The notes: a model not told the origin generated them from the sequence alone. A stretch of DNA of 56,642 nt from an uncultured Chitinophagaceae bacterium (GCA_964384415.1 CAYLMV010000002.1:24389-81030), one strand, 5' to 3'. Shown: positions 28,557 to 36,553, counted from the stretch's first letter. Translations and numbers: made by a program.

Positions 28557-29900
28557 CTATTTCGGGGGCGTCGGAGGACCCGGCAGAGGCGAAGCAACCG
28601 ACGTCGGCTGAGGGGAAGAACTAGGGCCGGGCACGAACCCGGAATTGACGTTGGCCGTGGTTGTGGTGACCCTCTCCGAAACCGCGGTCATGCTTTCTCT
28701 CGCCGCCGTGCTGCTAGGCGGAGGCGGCACGGGTGCCGGCGTTTGAACCCCGGTTCCGCCCGAGGGTGAACTGCTTTGTATCATTTGCTGTGTTTTTTGG
28801 GCGGTGGCAAGGCTTGACTTGGCCTGAGAAAATTTCGGGTCTGACTGAACTGCGCCCGAATAGGACTGCACGGCCTGAACATACATTCCTTTGTCTTCGT
28901 AGTCCATTCCCTGGGAGTATTGCAGGAAAGCGAAGAAATTCTCCGTCGGAATTTCAAGAATGGCTTCTCTCTCCTTATCCGTTATTCGAATCTTCAGTTC
29001 ATCCAGTATTTTGAAAACGAGCTCTTTCTCAAGACGAAAGAACTCCGTCATGTTTCCGCTGATGTCGGTGACACCGTCGAGACTGCCCGTCCTCGTCTGG
29101 GCGACCAGTGCATCGATTCTCATTTTCTCGCTGGTGAGATCGAAGAATGTTCCCTTCACCAGCCGGTACGCTCCGAGAAGTTTGCCAAGACGGGGAGCTG
29201 ACCGCTCATCCACGAGGTTTGATTCGCTGAAATTCAATTCTTCCATCAGTTTCTGGAGACGAAGCCTTTCGACGACCCTGACCGATTGTACTTTTGATAG
29301 ATCGGTGATCATCATATCGGCGATCCCCTTCTGCAGCGGATCCAGATTCCGCATGCTTCCCTTATTCTCAAAGTACAAGACCGCGATAGTATTGGTGGGG
29401 ATGGATGCGACATCGAGCTGCGACTCTTCCACCAGCGCCATCTTTGCTTCGATATCCATCTGCTGGCGGTAGAGGATCTTGATGCGGGCTTCCACAATAT
29501 CCCGGTACTCTCCGAAGACCGTGAGTTCCTGATATTTTCTGTAATACTGAATGGCTTTGGGATAGTCGACGACTCCCTCATAACACGAAGCCAGATAATA
29601 GACCGCCTGGTCGTCTTCGGGATCCACCGAGACGGACCGATCCAGCCATGGCTCGGCCTCAGCATAATACTTCTTGTTATAGAGGCCGATGCCAAGATAT
29701 TTCAGAAACAGCGGATCGTCGGGGTTACGGGCGAGGTTGGATCGGGACATGGCAATCGCTTCGTCGTTCTTCCCCTGTTCCAGCAATCCGGAGGTAATCT
29801 CATATGACGTGGGGGCACAGGCGGAGAACAGGAGGAGGAACGGGAATAAGAAGAGCGCGGAAGGTCTTGTGCGCGTGAAGCAGGGTTGCATGGTGATCAT
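28557..29900 (-). CDS. TPR + CsgG-like lipoprotein
   Basis: Lipobox LFSA-C; N-terminal TPRs; TIAVLYFEN...LDPLQKGIADMMITDLSK...VVERLRL...GKLLGAY; Pro/Ser-rich tail. Confidence 0.8.
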   Translation of the reverse strand: MITMQPCFTRTRPSALFLFPFLLLFSACAPTSYEITSGLLEQGKNDEAIAMSRSNLARNPDDPLFLKYLGIGLYNKKYYAEAEPWLDRSVSVDPEDDQAVYYLASCYEGVVDYPKAIQYYRKYQELTVFGEYRDIVEARIKILYRQQMDIEAKMALVEESQLDVASIPTNTIAVLYFENKGSMRNLDPLQKGIADMMITDLSKVQSVRVVERLRLQKLMEELNFSESNLVDERSAPRLGKLLGAYRLVKGTFFDLTSEKMRIDALVAQTRTGSLDGVTDISGNMTEFFRLEKELVFKILDELKIRITDKEREAILEIPTENFFAFLQYSQGMDYEDKGMYVQAVQSYSGAVQSDPKFSQAKSSLATAQKTQQMIQSSSPSGGTGVQTPAPVPPPPSSTAARESMTAVSERVTTTTANVNSGFVPGPSSSPQPTSVASPLPGPPTPPK

Positions 29901-30079
29901 TGTAGGAGGTTGGCACTTCCCTTAAAAAGCATGAACCAAACGTAGTGTGACCCTTCTCTTCGCGAGCTAATATTGCAAAAAAAGGGTCGGTTGTCAAGGA
30001 AGGGCATGAACCGAACGCATCGACAATGTCCACTATTTGAGCTGAAATCGCCCTATTCCCGGATTGCTAGATTGACTTC

Positions 30080-30095
30080 TGTGACGAAATTCACA
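30080..30095. promoter_or_regulatory. Consensus CRP-family binding site
   Basis: TGTGA-cgaaat-TCACA, a 10/10 match, in the divergent intergenic region. Confidence 0.65.
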
Positions 30096-30127
30096 ATATT
30101 CAAAACGTCAATCCCAATCGGAATTAA

Positions 30128-31168
30128 ATGGAATCATCGCCAAGAGGCACCGTCTTCCTCACTGGTTCTACCGGATTTATCGGATCGCGGGTAATTCAGG
30201 ATCTTTGCCTGCAAGGGTGGAGGGTGAGGGGGCTAGTACGCGACAAGGAAAAAGCGAGAGCACTCTTCGGAGAGTGGGAGGCGGACTATGAAGGCCAAGT
30301 CGAACTTGTTGAAGGAGATTTGTTTTCCGGCACGCCCGCTGAACGGATGAAGCTCTTCCGTGAATGCCTCAGCGGGTCTCATCTCGTGATCCATCTTGCA
30401 GAGGCGAAATCCAAAATCAAAGAGTTCGATGCGAAAAACATCAAAACATTCGGGCTTCTCCTTGAAGCCGCCGCTGAATCCCGGAATCTGCAGCGTTTTG
30501 TTTTCGTCTCGGCCTTCATGGCCGGCGGCCTCCCCCAGCCTTTGCCGCCGATCCTCACGGAGGAAATGACGGGAGTTCGATTTCCGGACCCCTATTATAG
30601 CTGGAAGAGATCCGCAGAGCGGCTGCTTATGAAAGCCTCGAAGGAATCTCATTTTAGCTATTCAATAATCAGGCCCGCCCTTGTCTATGGACCGAAGGCC
30701 GACTGGCTGGTACCTATGCTTACCGCAATCAGAAGATTTGGAAGGTATTATCTTCCCCTCCCAAACGGCGGGAATGCCTTGTTGGGGACGGTTCACGTGG
30801 AGGATGTCGCCAACACAATAGCCTCGGCAGGGGCGAACAGGTATGCGGAGAACCAAATCATTCACGCTGTCGACAACGGCGGCACTACGTACAAAGACTG
30901 GATGAACACCATCGCAGCCGCGGCAGGATGGAAGGTAAGAATTGGGAGCATCCCCTCCTCCCTGACGAAGGCGGCCGCGAAAGAAGTTGATGCCGCTTCG
31001 TCAATCTTCGGCCTGCACTACGGCGCATTTCTCTGGGCACAGGTACTCTCCGAGGGATGCGGATATTCAAATGAAAAAATGAAACGGATCATCGGCAACC
31101 TTAAGTATCCAACAATCCGTGAAGGAATTCCTGGTATGATGGATTGGTTTAAAACACTTCACTCCTGA
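30128..31168 (+). CDS. NAD-dependent epimerase/dehydratase (extended SDR)
   Basis: LTGSTGFIG Rossmann motif, YYSWK (YxxxK), IIRPALVYGP. Confidence 0.85.
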   Translation: MESSPRGTVFLTGSTGFIGSRVIQDLCLQGWRVRGLVRDKEKARALFGEWEADYEGQVELVEGDLFSGTPAERMKLFRECLSGSHLVIHLAEAKSKIKEFDAKNIKTFGLLLEAAAESRNLQRFVFVSAFMAGGLPQPLPPILTEEMTGVRFPDPYYSWKRSAERLLMKASKESHFSYSIIRPALVYGPKADWLVPMLTAIRRFGRYYLPLPNGGNALLGTVHVEDVANTIASAGANRYAENQIIHAVDNGGTTYKDWMNTIAAAAGWKVRIGSIPSSLTKAAAKEVDAASSIFGLHYGAFLWAQVLSEGCGYSNEKMKRIIGNLKYPTIREGIPGMMDWFKTLHS

Positions 31169-31184
31169 AGATATGTCGCCCTCT

Positions 31185-31226
31185 CTTTCCATCGTCCCTC
31201 ATCCATCTTCCCTCTTCCATCATCCC
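31185..31226. repeat. Heptamer tandem array TCnTCC(A/C)
   Basis: ctttcca tcgtccc tcatcca tcttccc tcttcca tcatccc, 6 nt after the sulfurtransferase stop. Confidence 0.75.
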
Positions 31227-31232
31227 ACCTCC

Positions 31233-32084
31233 TTACTTCTCTATCGGTGCATCGATAAGATTTCCCCACTCGGTCCACGACCCGTCGTAATTCCGCACTT
31301 TTGGATATCCTAACAAGTACTTGAGCACAAACCAGGTGTGCGACGAGCGTTCACCGATGCGGCAATACGCGGTTATCTCTTCCAGATCCGGTTTCACTCC
31401 CTTCGACTCATAAAGTGCCTTCAGCTCCTGAGCGGTCTTGAAGGTTCCATCCTCATTTACCGTTTGAGACCATGGAATGTTTTTCGCGCCCGGAATGTGT
31501 CCGCCGCGGAGGGACAATTCGGCTATTCCCGGAGGAGCGATGACTTTTCCCGTATACTCATCAACCGACCGGACGTCAACGAGTCCATGGGAATGATCGT
31601 CGAGCCGGGCATAGACAAAATCTCTGTGAGCGCGCAGGTCATTGTGAACTTCGCCTACTTTGTACGAGGTCTTGTTATACTTCGGTGTATTCAGCGTAAG
31701 CGGCTTTCCTTCGGCAACCCATTTTTTTCTTCCGCCGTTGATCAACCGGACATCTGCGTGTCCGTAGTATTTCAGCAGCCAGAATGCATAGGCCGCGAAC
31801 CAGTTATTGTTGTCGCCATAGAGAATAAGCGGCGTGTCCGGTGTGACCCCGGATTCGCCGAGAAATTTTTCGATCTGGTCCTTGCTGAGGATATCCCGAC
31901 GGGTCTGGTCCTGCAATTGTGTTTTCCAATTCCAGCCGATAGCTCCCTCGATATGTCCCTTATCATATTCACCCGTGTCCACGTCTACCTCAACGAACTT
32001 CAAAGCCGCATCATTTTTGTGCTCGAACGCCCAATCGGTCGTTACGAGCACGTTGGGATTTGCATATCCATTACCTGAAGCCAT
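31233..32084 (-). CDS. Thiosulfate sulfurtransferase (two-domain rhodanese, CysA/SseA-like)
   Basis: GHIEGA, LVDVRS..EYTG, GHIPGAKNIPW, active-site loop YCRIGERS, YDGSWTEWG. Confidence 0.95.
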   Translation of the reverse strand: MASGNGYANPNVLVTTDWAFEHKNDAALKFVEVDVDTGEYDKGHIEGAIGWNWKTQLQDQTRRDILSKDQIEKFLGESGVTPDTPLILYGDNNNWFAAYAFWLLKYYGHADVRLINGGRKKWVAEGKPLTLNTPKYNKTSYKVGEVHNDLRAHRDFVYARLDDHSHGLVDVRSVDEYTGKVIAPPGIAELSLRGGHIPGAKNIPWSQTVNEDGTFKTAQELKALYESKGVKPDLEEITAYCRIGERSSHTWFVLKYLLGYPKVRNYDGSWTEWGNLIDAPIEK

Positions 32085-32240
32085 ACTTCCTCCTCATTAT
32101 TTTGAAATGTGTTTCTCCATCGAAATGCTGATACTCCATATTGACAAACGCAATATCCATCACAAAGAGCGCCAATAGATCTCACTCCCCAAGTACATTT
32201 GCCGCCGTTTCAATCATGATTCTGCTTGACGGATCCGATC

Positions 32241-32705
32241 TCAGAAGTTCACGACTCGCTTAAGAGCTGCACGCGTGAAAAACGATAATCTCCGCAGCCT
32301 GAGATACAGGTAGCATCCGACACAGATATTAACGGTCAGGTTTACGACGGCGAGCACGACTACCAGACCTGCAAGGCTCCATCCGATGACGGGAGATTCC
32401 GCAGTCGTCAGGGAATAAAACGAGGCTGCTAGAAATGCGCCGCCAAGCCCTTGAGCGAACAGGTGCTGAACATTGTCTTCTTCGACGATGTCGGGGTGAA
32501 CGATGCCGAGAGGGCGAAGAAGATGAGAGTAGAGAAGCTTGAAGGCTCCCGCTGAAGGTACGACCGTCCCGATGATCATGACGAGAGAGACAAGGGCGAC
32601 AAGCCACTCGAGTTTGAAGGCGAACGAAATCACGAGAAGCGTGACGATCGAGCCCTGGTTGATTTTAAGAGCCGTCCGATCGACGCGTGAAATTGCGTTT
32701 GGCAT
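32241..32705 (-). CDS. DUF4395 family membrane protein
   Basis: N-terminal VDRTALKINQ, 4 TMs, C-terminal ICVGCYLY (CxGC) signature; upstream of the sulfurtransferase. Confidence 0.8.
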   Translation of the reverse strand: MPNAISRVDRTALKINQGSIVTLLVISFAFKLEWLVALVSLVMIIGTVVPSAGAFKLLYSHLLRPLGIVHPDIVEEDNVQHLFAQGLGGAFLAASFYSLTTAESPVIGWSLAGLVVVLAVVNLTVNICVGCYLYLRLRRLSFFTRAALKRVVNF

Positions 32706-32731
32706 GTAAGTCTATCCTTTCTGTGTGGATG

Positions 32732-32766
32732 AAAATAAAAAACCCTCTTCATAATGGAAGAGGGTT
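32732..32766 (-). terminator. Intrinsic terminator (attenuator) in the leader of the DUF4395-sulfurtransferase operon
   Basis: Minus strand AACCCTCTTC-cattat-GAAGAGGGTT followed by TTTTATTTT, ending 27 nt before the DUF4395 ATG. Confidence 0.88.
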
Positions 32767-32794
32767 CGTTTGTCTTTAGACTTGTAGTTCGCTT

Positions 32795-32923
32795 TTACGC
32801 GGCGACTGCGATCCTTTCGCTTCCATCAATAATCAATGATCCGGGACAGCAACAACATGCTGCACAACAGCAAACTCCGCAGAGCTGTCTGATGGATTCG
32901 ATATGAACGGGATTGGATGGCAT
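32795..32923 (-). CDS. Poly-cysteine leader peptide (uORF, 42 aa)
   Basis: MPSNPVHIESIRQLCGVCCCAACCCCPGSLIIDGSERIAVAA*; 8 Cys in codons 15-26; below the ORF-track size cut-off. Confidence 0.85.
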   Translation of the reverse strand: MPSNPVHIESIRQLCGVCCCAACCCCPGSLIIDGSERIAVAA

Positions 32924-32931
32924 TAGTATAT

Positions 32932-32959
32932 AATCTACTATTCCTGGAACAATTGTCAA
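32932..32959 (-). promoter_or_regulatory. sigma70-type promoter placing the TSS at or near the uORF ATG
   Basis: Minus strand TTGACA-16 nt-TAGATT, then 8 nt to ATG; no Shine-Dalgarno sequence. Confidence 0.55.
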
Positions 32960-32999
32960 GTTTCGAAAGTGCCCGTTAGTCGGGCATTTTCAGAATAAA

Positions 33000-33094
33000 G
33001 TCATTGCGAGGACCCCGACGTTTTACGTCGGGGGACGAAGCAATCTCCTCTTGAAATAAGGGGATTGCTTCGGCAATGCACGCCTCGCAAAGAC
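33000..33094. repeat. Branched palindromic REP-like element (GTCATTGCGAGG...CGAAGCAATC...GATTGCTTCG...CCTCGCAAAGAC)
   Basis: Nested inverted repeats: outer gtcattgcgagg/cctcgcaaagac, inner cgaagcaatc/gattgcttcg, plus a ccccgacg/cgtcgggg hairpin. Confidence 0.85.
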
Positions 33095-33310
33095 CTGTTT
33101 TTCGAAATGTCTCAGTAGCAAGTGCCCGAATGAAAAGGGGCAACATCTGCGGCCCGGATCGCTCAGTTGTTCCCAATCATAGAGTGAGATCGAGAAAGAA
33201 CAAAGTCCATGCCCGTGTTATCTCGTTCGCAAACTCTCCCGCTTCCGCGGGACAACCTGTTTGGGTACGAGCATTGCAGTAGACTTTTCATCCCCGCCCG
33301 CCAATGTTTT

Positions 33311-34036
33311 CTAAGGCCGAACATCATTTCCGAAGGAGGCTTTTTTCTCCAGCAATGCATCAACGATCGGCGCAGACATGAGAAGTATGCCTGCGATGAA
33401 GAGAGCCCAGCTGTACTCGGTCGGCAGGTCCAAGCGGATATTTCCCTTCCCTCCAAGCACAAGGCGCAGGGAGTGCTCCATGAACGCATAGAGAGCAAGC
33501 ACGATGCCGCAGCAATGGAGCAACCAACTTAAATTGCGGACGGACTGAGGGGTGCCGCTAAGATCACTCCGCGTCATTTGGGTACCCAACACGATGAGGA
33601 CTAACGATACCAGCATAGGAGCCAGGACAGGTCCCCACCATGGGAGCGGCAGCAAAAACAGCACGTCCCAGTCGAACATTGTATGAGGCCATCCGACAAT
33701 TACTTTCAGAAAGAGATAGTAGAAAATATCCCACACACCGAAAGCAAGGATGAAACATCCGAATCTGCTTCGCCACGACCGACCAGCCAGCCACCCGACG
33801 GCAGCAAGCATTACGAGGGTGGCAGTTTCGCGAAAAAGCTCCGTCGCTCCAAGAAAAGGCGCTGCGGGCAACGGAGAGAGCTGGTAGGGTTCTACCCGGT
33901 GCAACAGCGTTCTCAGGTATGCGACGCAAGCGGCCTCTACCCAGGCCATGGCAATGGCAAAGAGTGCCACAACGGCGAGCCGTTTTTCGGCGATCATTTT
34001 CACTTCCGCAGCCGATGCATTATCGAGAACCTTCAT
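33311..34036 (-). CDS. Conserved hypothetical multi-pass membrane protein
   Basis: About 6 TM segments; AIAMAWVEAACVAYLR, FGVWDIFYY, DVLFLLPLPWWGPVLAP. Confidence 0.78.
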   Translation of the reverse strand: MKVLDNASAAEVKMIAEKRLAVVALFAIAMAWVEAACVAYLRTLLHRVEPYQLSPLPAAPFLGATELFRETATLVMLAAVGWLAGRSWRSRFGCFILAFGVWDIFYYLFLKVIVGWPHTMFDWDVLFLLPLPWWGPVLAPMLVSLVLIVLGTQMTRSDLSGTPQSVRNLSWLLHCCGIVLALYAFMEHSLRLVLGGKGNIRLDLPTEYSWALFIAGILLMSAPIVDALLEKKASFGNDVRP

Positions 34037-34058
34037 CGATTCTTTTCTCGGAACAGGC

Positions 34059-34193
34059 TCACTTCCGTAACAACGCCCGGATCAGTTGAAGGCCAATCAG
34101 CGCGGCGATGACAAAAGGAATTGCAAGCCGCGGCGCCTTTGCGCGTGCAGGGCACTCCATCGATTCGATCCCGAATTGTCCCTTCTTGGTCAT
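34059..34193 (-). CDS. Small single-pass membrane protein (44 aa)
   Basis: MTKKGQFGIESMECPARAKAPRLAIPFVIAALIGLQLIRALLRK*; ATGA overlap with the upstream stop; fills the operon gap. Confidence 0.62.
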   Translation of the reverse strand: MTKKGQFGIESMECPARAKAPRLAIPFVIAALIGLQLIRALLRK

Positions 34194-34636
34194 ACCGAAA
34201 CTCCATTGCCTGTCTCAATTTTTCCGGGCAGGGTCTTTTGAGATTGCGCAATAAACTTTCCAAGGTACGCTCCCCCGAACGACGGAACGAACGCAATGAG
34301 TGATCCGGCGCCGTCGGGGAGCAAGAGGCCGGTCTGGTGAGTCGCGGCGAGCCAGGCAAATTGCGAAATTGGCACAAAGACCCCCATTGTCAATGCATAT
34401 TTCCAAACGTGTTGACGGGTCAAATACCCGATAAAGAATCCGAACGAGAGAAGGAGCAATACCGGGAATTGAGGTTCCGAAGAGTTCAGATTGACAAAAG
34501 CGGTGAGCCAGCCGAGAAACAGGGTTGTCATCATTCCGAACAGTGCAGGCCGAAAATAGACGACTATGACTCCCGCAAGAAAGACAAGAGCAAGTCCGTT
34601 GAATCCGACTATTGTGAACATAAGTTTAATCGGCAT
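34190..34636 (-). CDS. Hypothetical membrane protein (4-5 TM)
   Basis: Hydrophobic 148-aa ORF with GAGAGGTGG RBS-like sequence. Confidence 0.72.
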   Translation of the reverse strand: MPIKLMFTIVGFNGLALVFLAGVIVVYFRPALFGMMTTLFLGWLTAFVNLNSSEPQFPVLLLLSFGFFIGYLTRQHVWKYALTMGVFVPISQFAWLAATHQTGLLLPDGAGSLIAFVPSFGGAYLGKFIAQSQKTLPGKIETGNGVSV

Positions 34637-34821
34637 CTTCCACCTCTCTCAAAATGATCAATGGGTTGAATTAAGGTCGATCTCCGACAAATTTCGAGTC
34701 AATGTAGAATTCCATCACAAACTTTCATCCGCCGCTTCCCGGCAATCGGCAGAGATCACACTGACGCCGTTCCGCAACAATGATGAAACGCCGATCGACC
34801 GTCCAGCGAACAGGAGGTTTC

Positions 34822-35121
34822 TCATTTGCTTTGACGGATTAATTTTTCGAGAGCATTGAGATGCTCTGTGAAGGCTTTTCGTCCTGACACAGTTACGGAA
34901 TAGGTGGTGAGAGTCTTCTTCCCAACAAACTCTTTGTCTACCTTGACATATTTTTTGTGTTCCAGGACCGCGATATGTGTAGCCAGATTCCCGTCGGTGA
35001 GACTGAGCATTTGCTTCAGTGAATTGAAGTCGACAGAGTCGTTCACCACCAGTATTGACATCACAGCAAGGCGGACTCGGTTCTCGAATGCTTTGTTAAG
35101 ACTTTCAACAATATCTTTCAC
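34822..35121 (-). CDS. Winged-helix transcriptional regulator (ArsR/MarR-like)
   Basis: FENRVRLAVMSIL...DFNSLKQMLSLTDGNLATHI..LE...GRKAF..HL; GTGA overlap. Confidence 0.9.
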   Translation of the reverse strand: MKDIVESLNKAFENRVRLAVMSILVVNDSVDFNSLKQMLSLTDGNLATHIAVLEHKKYVKVDKEFVGKKTLTTYSVTVSGRKAFTEHLNALEKLIRQSK

Positions 35122-35720
35122 TTTTCGTACTTCATATACATGAACGCTCCATAGAGAACGTGCAGCATCCCGAATCCAGCCCCCCAGAGAATCAGGCCGT
35201 AGTCAGGCCACATTGCCCCCATCAGACCGAGGCCTATTTCGCTGATGCCCAGGTACCGGATCTCTCTCAGCGTATACTTGCTGGCGTTCAGGAGCGCGAG
35301 GCCGTAAAAGATGAGCATCGCGGCAGCGATGAGCCAATAGATCCCGTGATAGGCCAGAATACCGCAGAACGCGCCGCCGGCAGCGAGCGGAACAAAGAGA
35401 TTCATCACAAGATATTTCGTTGCGGCAGTCCAGACCTCGAGACCATTGCGCTTCGCCATGCGGGTGGAAAAATAGGCGGCGAGCCCTATCGCGCACGCCA
35501 ACGTGACGACGGCTTCAAGACTGTAAAGCAGAAGCATCTGAGTATCGGCATGGTCGGAGCCCGATTTGCCCAGCTGCATCCATGCGATGGCGCAGGCCGC
35601 AATGCCAACCGCGCCGGCGCTCACGCCCGACAACCCGCTCAGCGAAAGAAACTTCGAGGATTGTTCCATCAGGGATCGGATTTCGGCAATGTCTTTGAGT
35701 CGATTATCGATGGAGTCCAT
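35118..35720 (-). CDS. Hypothetical membrane protein coupled to the wHTH regulator
   Basis: IAEIRSLMEQSSKFLSLSGLSG, FYGLALLNASKYT, GFGMLHVLYG; about 6 TMs. Confidence 0.82.
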   Translation of the reverse strand: MDSIDNRLKDIAEIRSLMEQSSKFLSLSGLSGVSAGAVGIAACAIAWMQLGKSGSDHADTQMLLLYSLEAVVTLACAIGLAAYFSTRMAKRNGLEVWTAATKYLVMNLFVPLAAGGAFCGILAYHGIYWLIAAAMLIFYGLALLNASKYTLREIRYLGISEIGLGLMGAMWPDYGLILWGAGFGMLHVLYGAFMYMKYEK

Positions 35721-35776
35721 GGCATGTCACCGCTGTCGTGAATAAATTCCCGTCCATTTGTGCTTAAATACAAAGC

Positions 35777-35817
35777 ACTTTCTACTACAAAGTAATCATC
35801 CGGGAAGAGACTGTCAA
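35777..35817 (-). promoter_or_regulatory. sigma70-type promoter with an overlapping palindromic operator
   Basis: Minus strand TTGACA-17 nt-TACTTT; ACTTT-N7-AAAGT (35777-35793) overlaps the -10 element. Confidence 0.6.
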
Positions 35818-35842
35818 GAGAAATATTCAGGGAGCTTTGAGG

Positions 35843-36553
35843 TTAAAAGTGGAGGAATTGTATTGCCAGGCCGCATGCCAATACCGTCAGGCCGGCAAGC
35901 GCGTGACTGTAGCGTTCAAGCTTTCCAACGGGGAGAAGGGAGAGTCCGAAGAGCGACGTCAAGACGACGGTGAGCATCGTGGCGATGGTAATGATGCCGA
36001 ATATCACGCTCACCGCCGCGACCTGACCATAATGCCCTTTCGCGGCTGGGTACATGAGGATAGGAATAAGCGGTTCGCAGGGACCGAAGACGAAAATCGT
36101 GAAGAGGATCCACGGCGTCATAGACTCCTTCTCTTCTTCATGGACATGGAGATGTTCCATCTGGTGTGTATGTTCATGAGTATGGAAGGTCCCGTCCGGG
36201 TGGACGTGAACATGGTGATGAGGCCTATTCCTTAACGCCCGCCGGATTCCCCACACGAGGTAGACAAGGCCGAATGCAATGAGAAACCAGCCGGCGAAAT
36301 TTCCCCGGAAGGACTCGATCCACTGCAAATGCATAATGGCAACGCCGAACATAATTCCAACAATACCGAGAACAACCGAACTGCCGACATGACCGATGCC
36401 GCAGAGAATGGTCACCCAGATTGTCTTGACCCGTGACCACTTCCCCGCCCGGGCCATCACGATGAACGGGAGATAATGATCCGGACCAAAGAGCGTATGA
36501 ATGAACGCTACCGAAACTGCGGTAAGAAGCAAGAGTGACAACTCGCCGGTCAT
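35843..36553 (-). CDS. Ni/Co transporter-like permease (UreH/RcnA-like; TauE/DsbD_2 superfamily)
   Basis: HTLFGPDH motif, His-rich loop HHHVHVHPDGTFHTHEHTHQMEHLHVH, GPCEPLIP; second ATG preferred on RBS spacing. Confidence 0.78.
   Translation of the reverse strand: MTGELSLLLLTAVSVAFIHTLFGPDHYLPFIVMARAGKWSRVKTIWVTILCGIGHVGSSVVLGIVGIMFGVAIMHLQWIESFRGNFAGWFLIAFGLVYLVWGIRRALRNRPHHHVHVHPDGTFHTHEHTHQMEHLHVHEEEKESMTPWILFTIFVFGPCEPLIPILMYPAAKGHYGQVAAVSVIFGIITIATMLTVVLTSLFGLSLLPVGKLERYSHALAGLTVLACGLAIQFLHF

Noticed and set aside
32085-32240. Short ORFs between DUF4395 and the sulfurtransferase
   Set aside because: 11- and 29-aa frames with no RBS or compositional bias.
34715-34825. 36-aa ORF (MRNLLFAGRS...) overlapping the wHTH stop
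   Set aside because: ATGA overlap is present, but the peptide has no distinctive features; it could be chance or a gene remnant.
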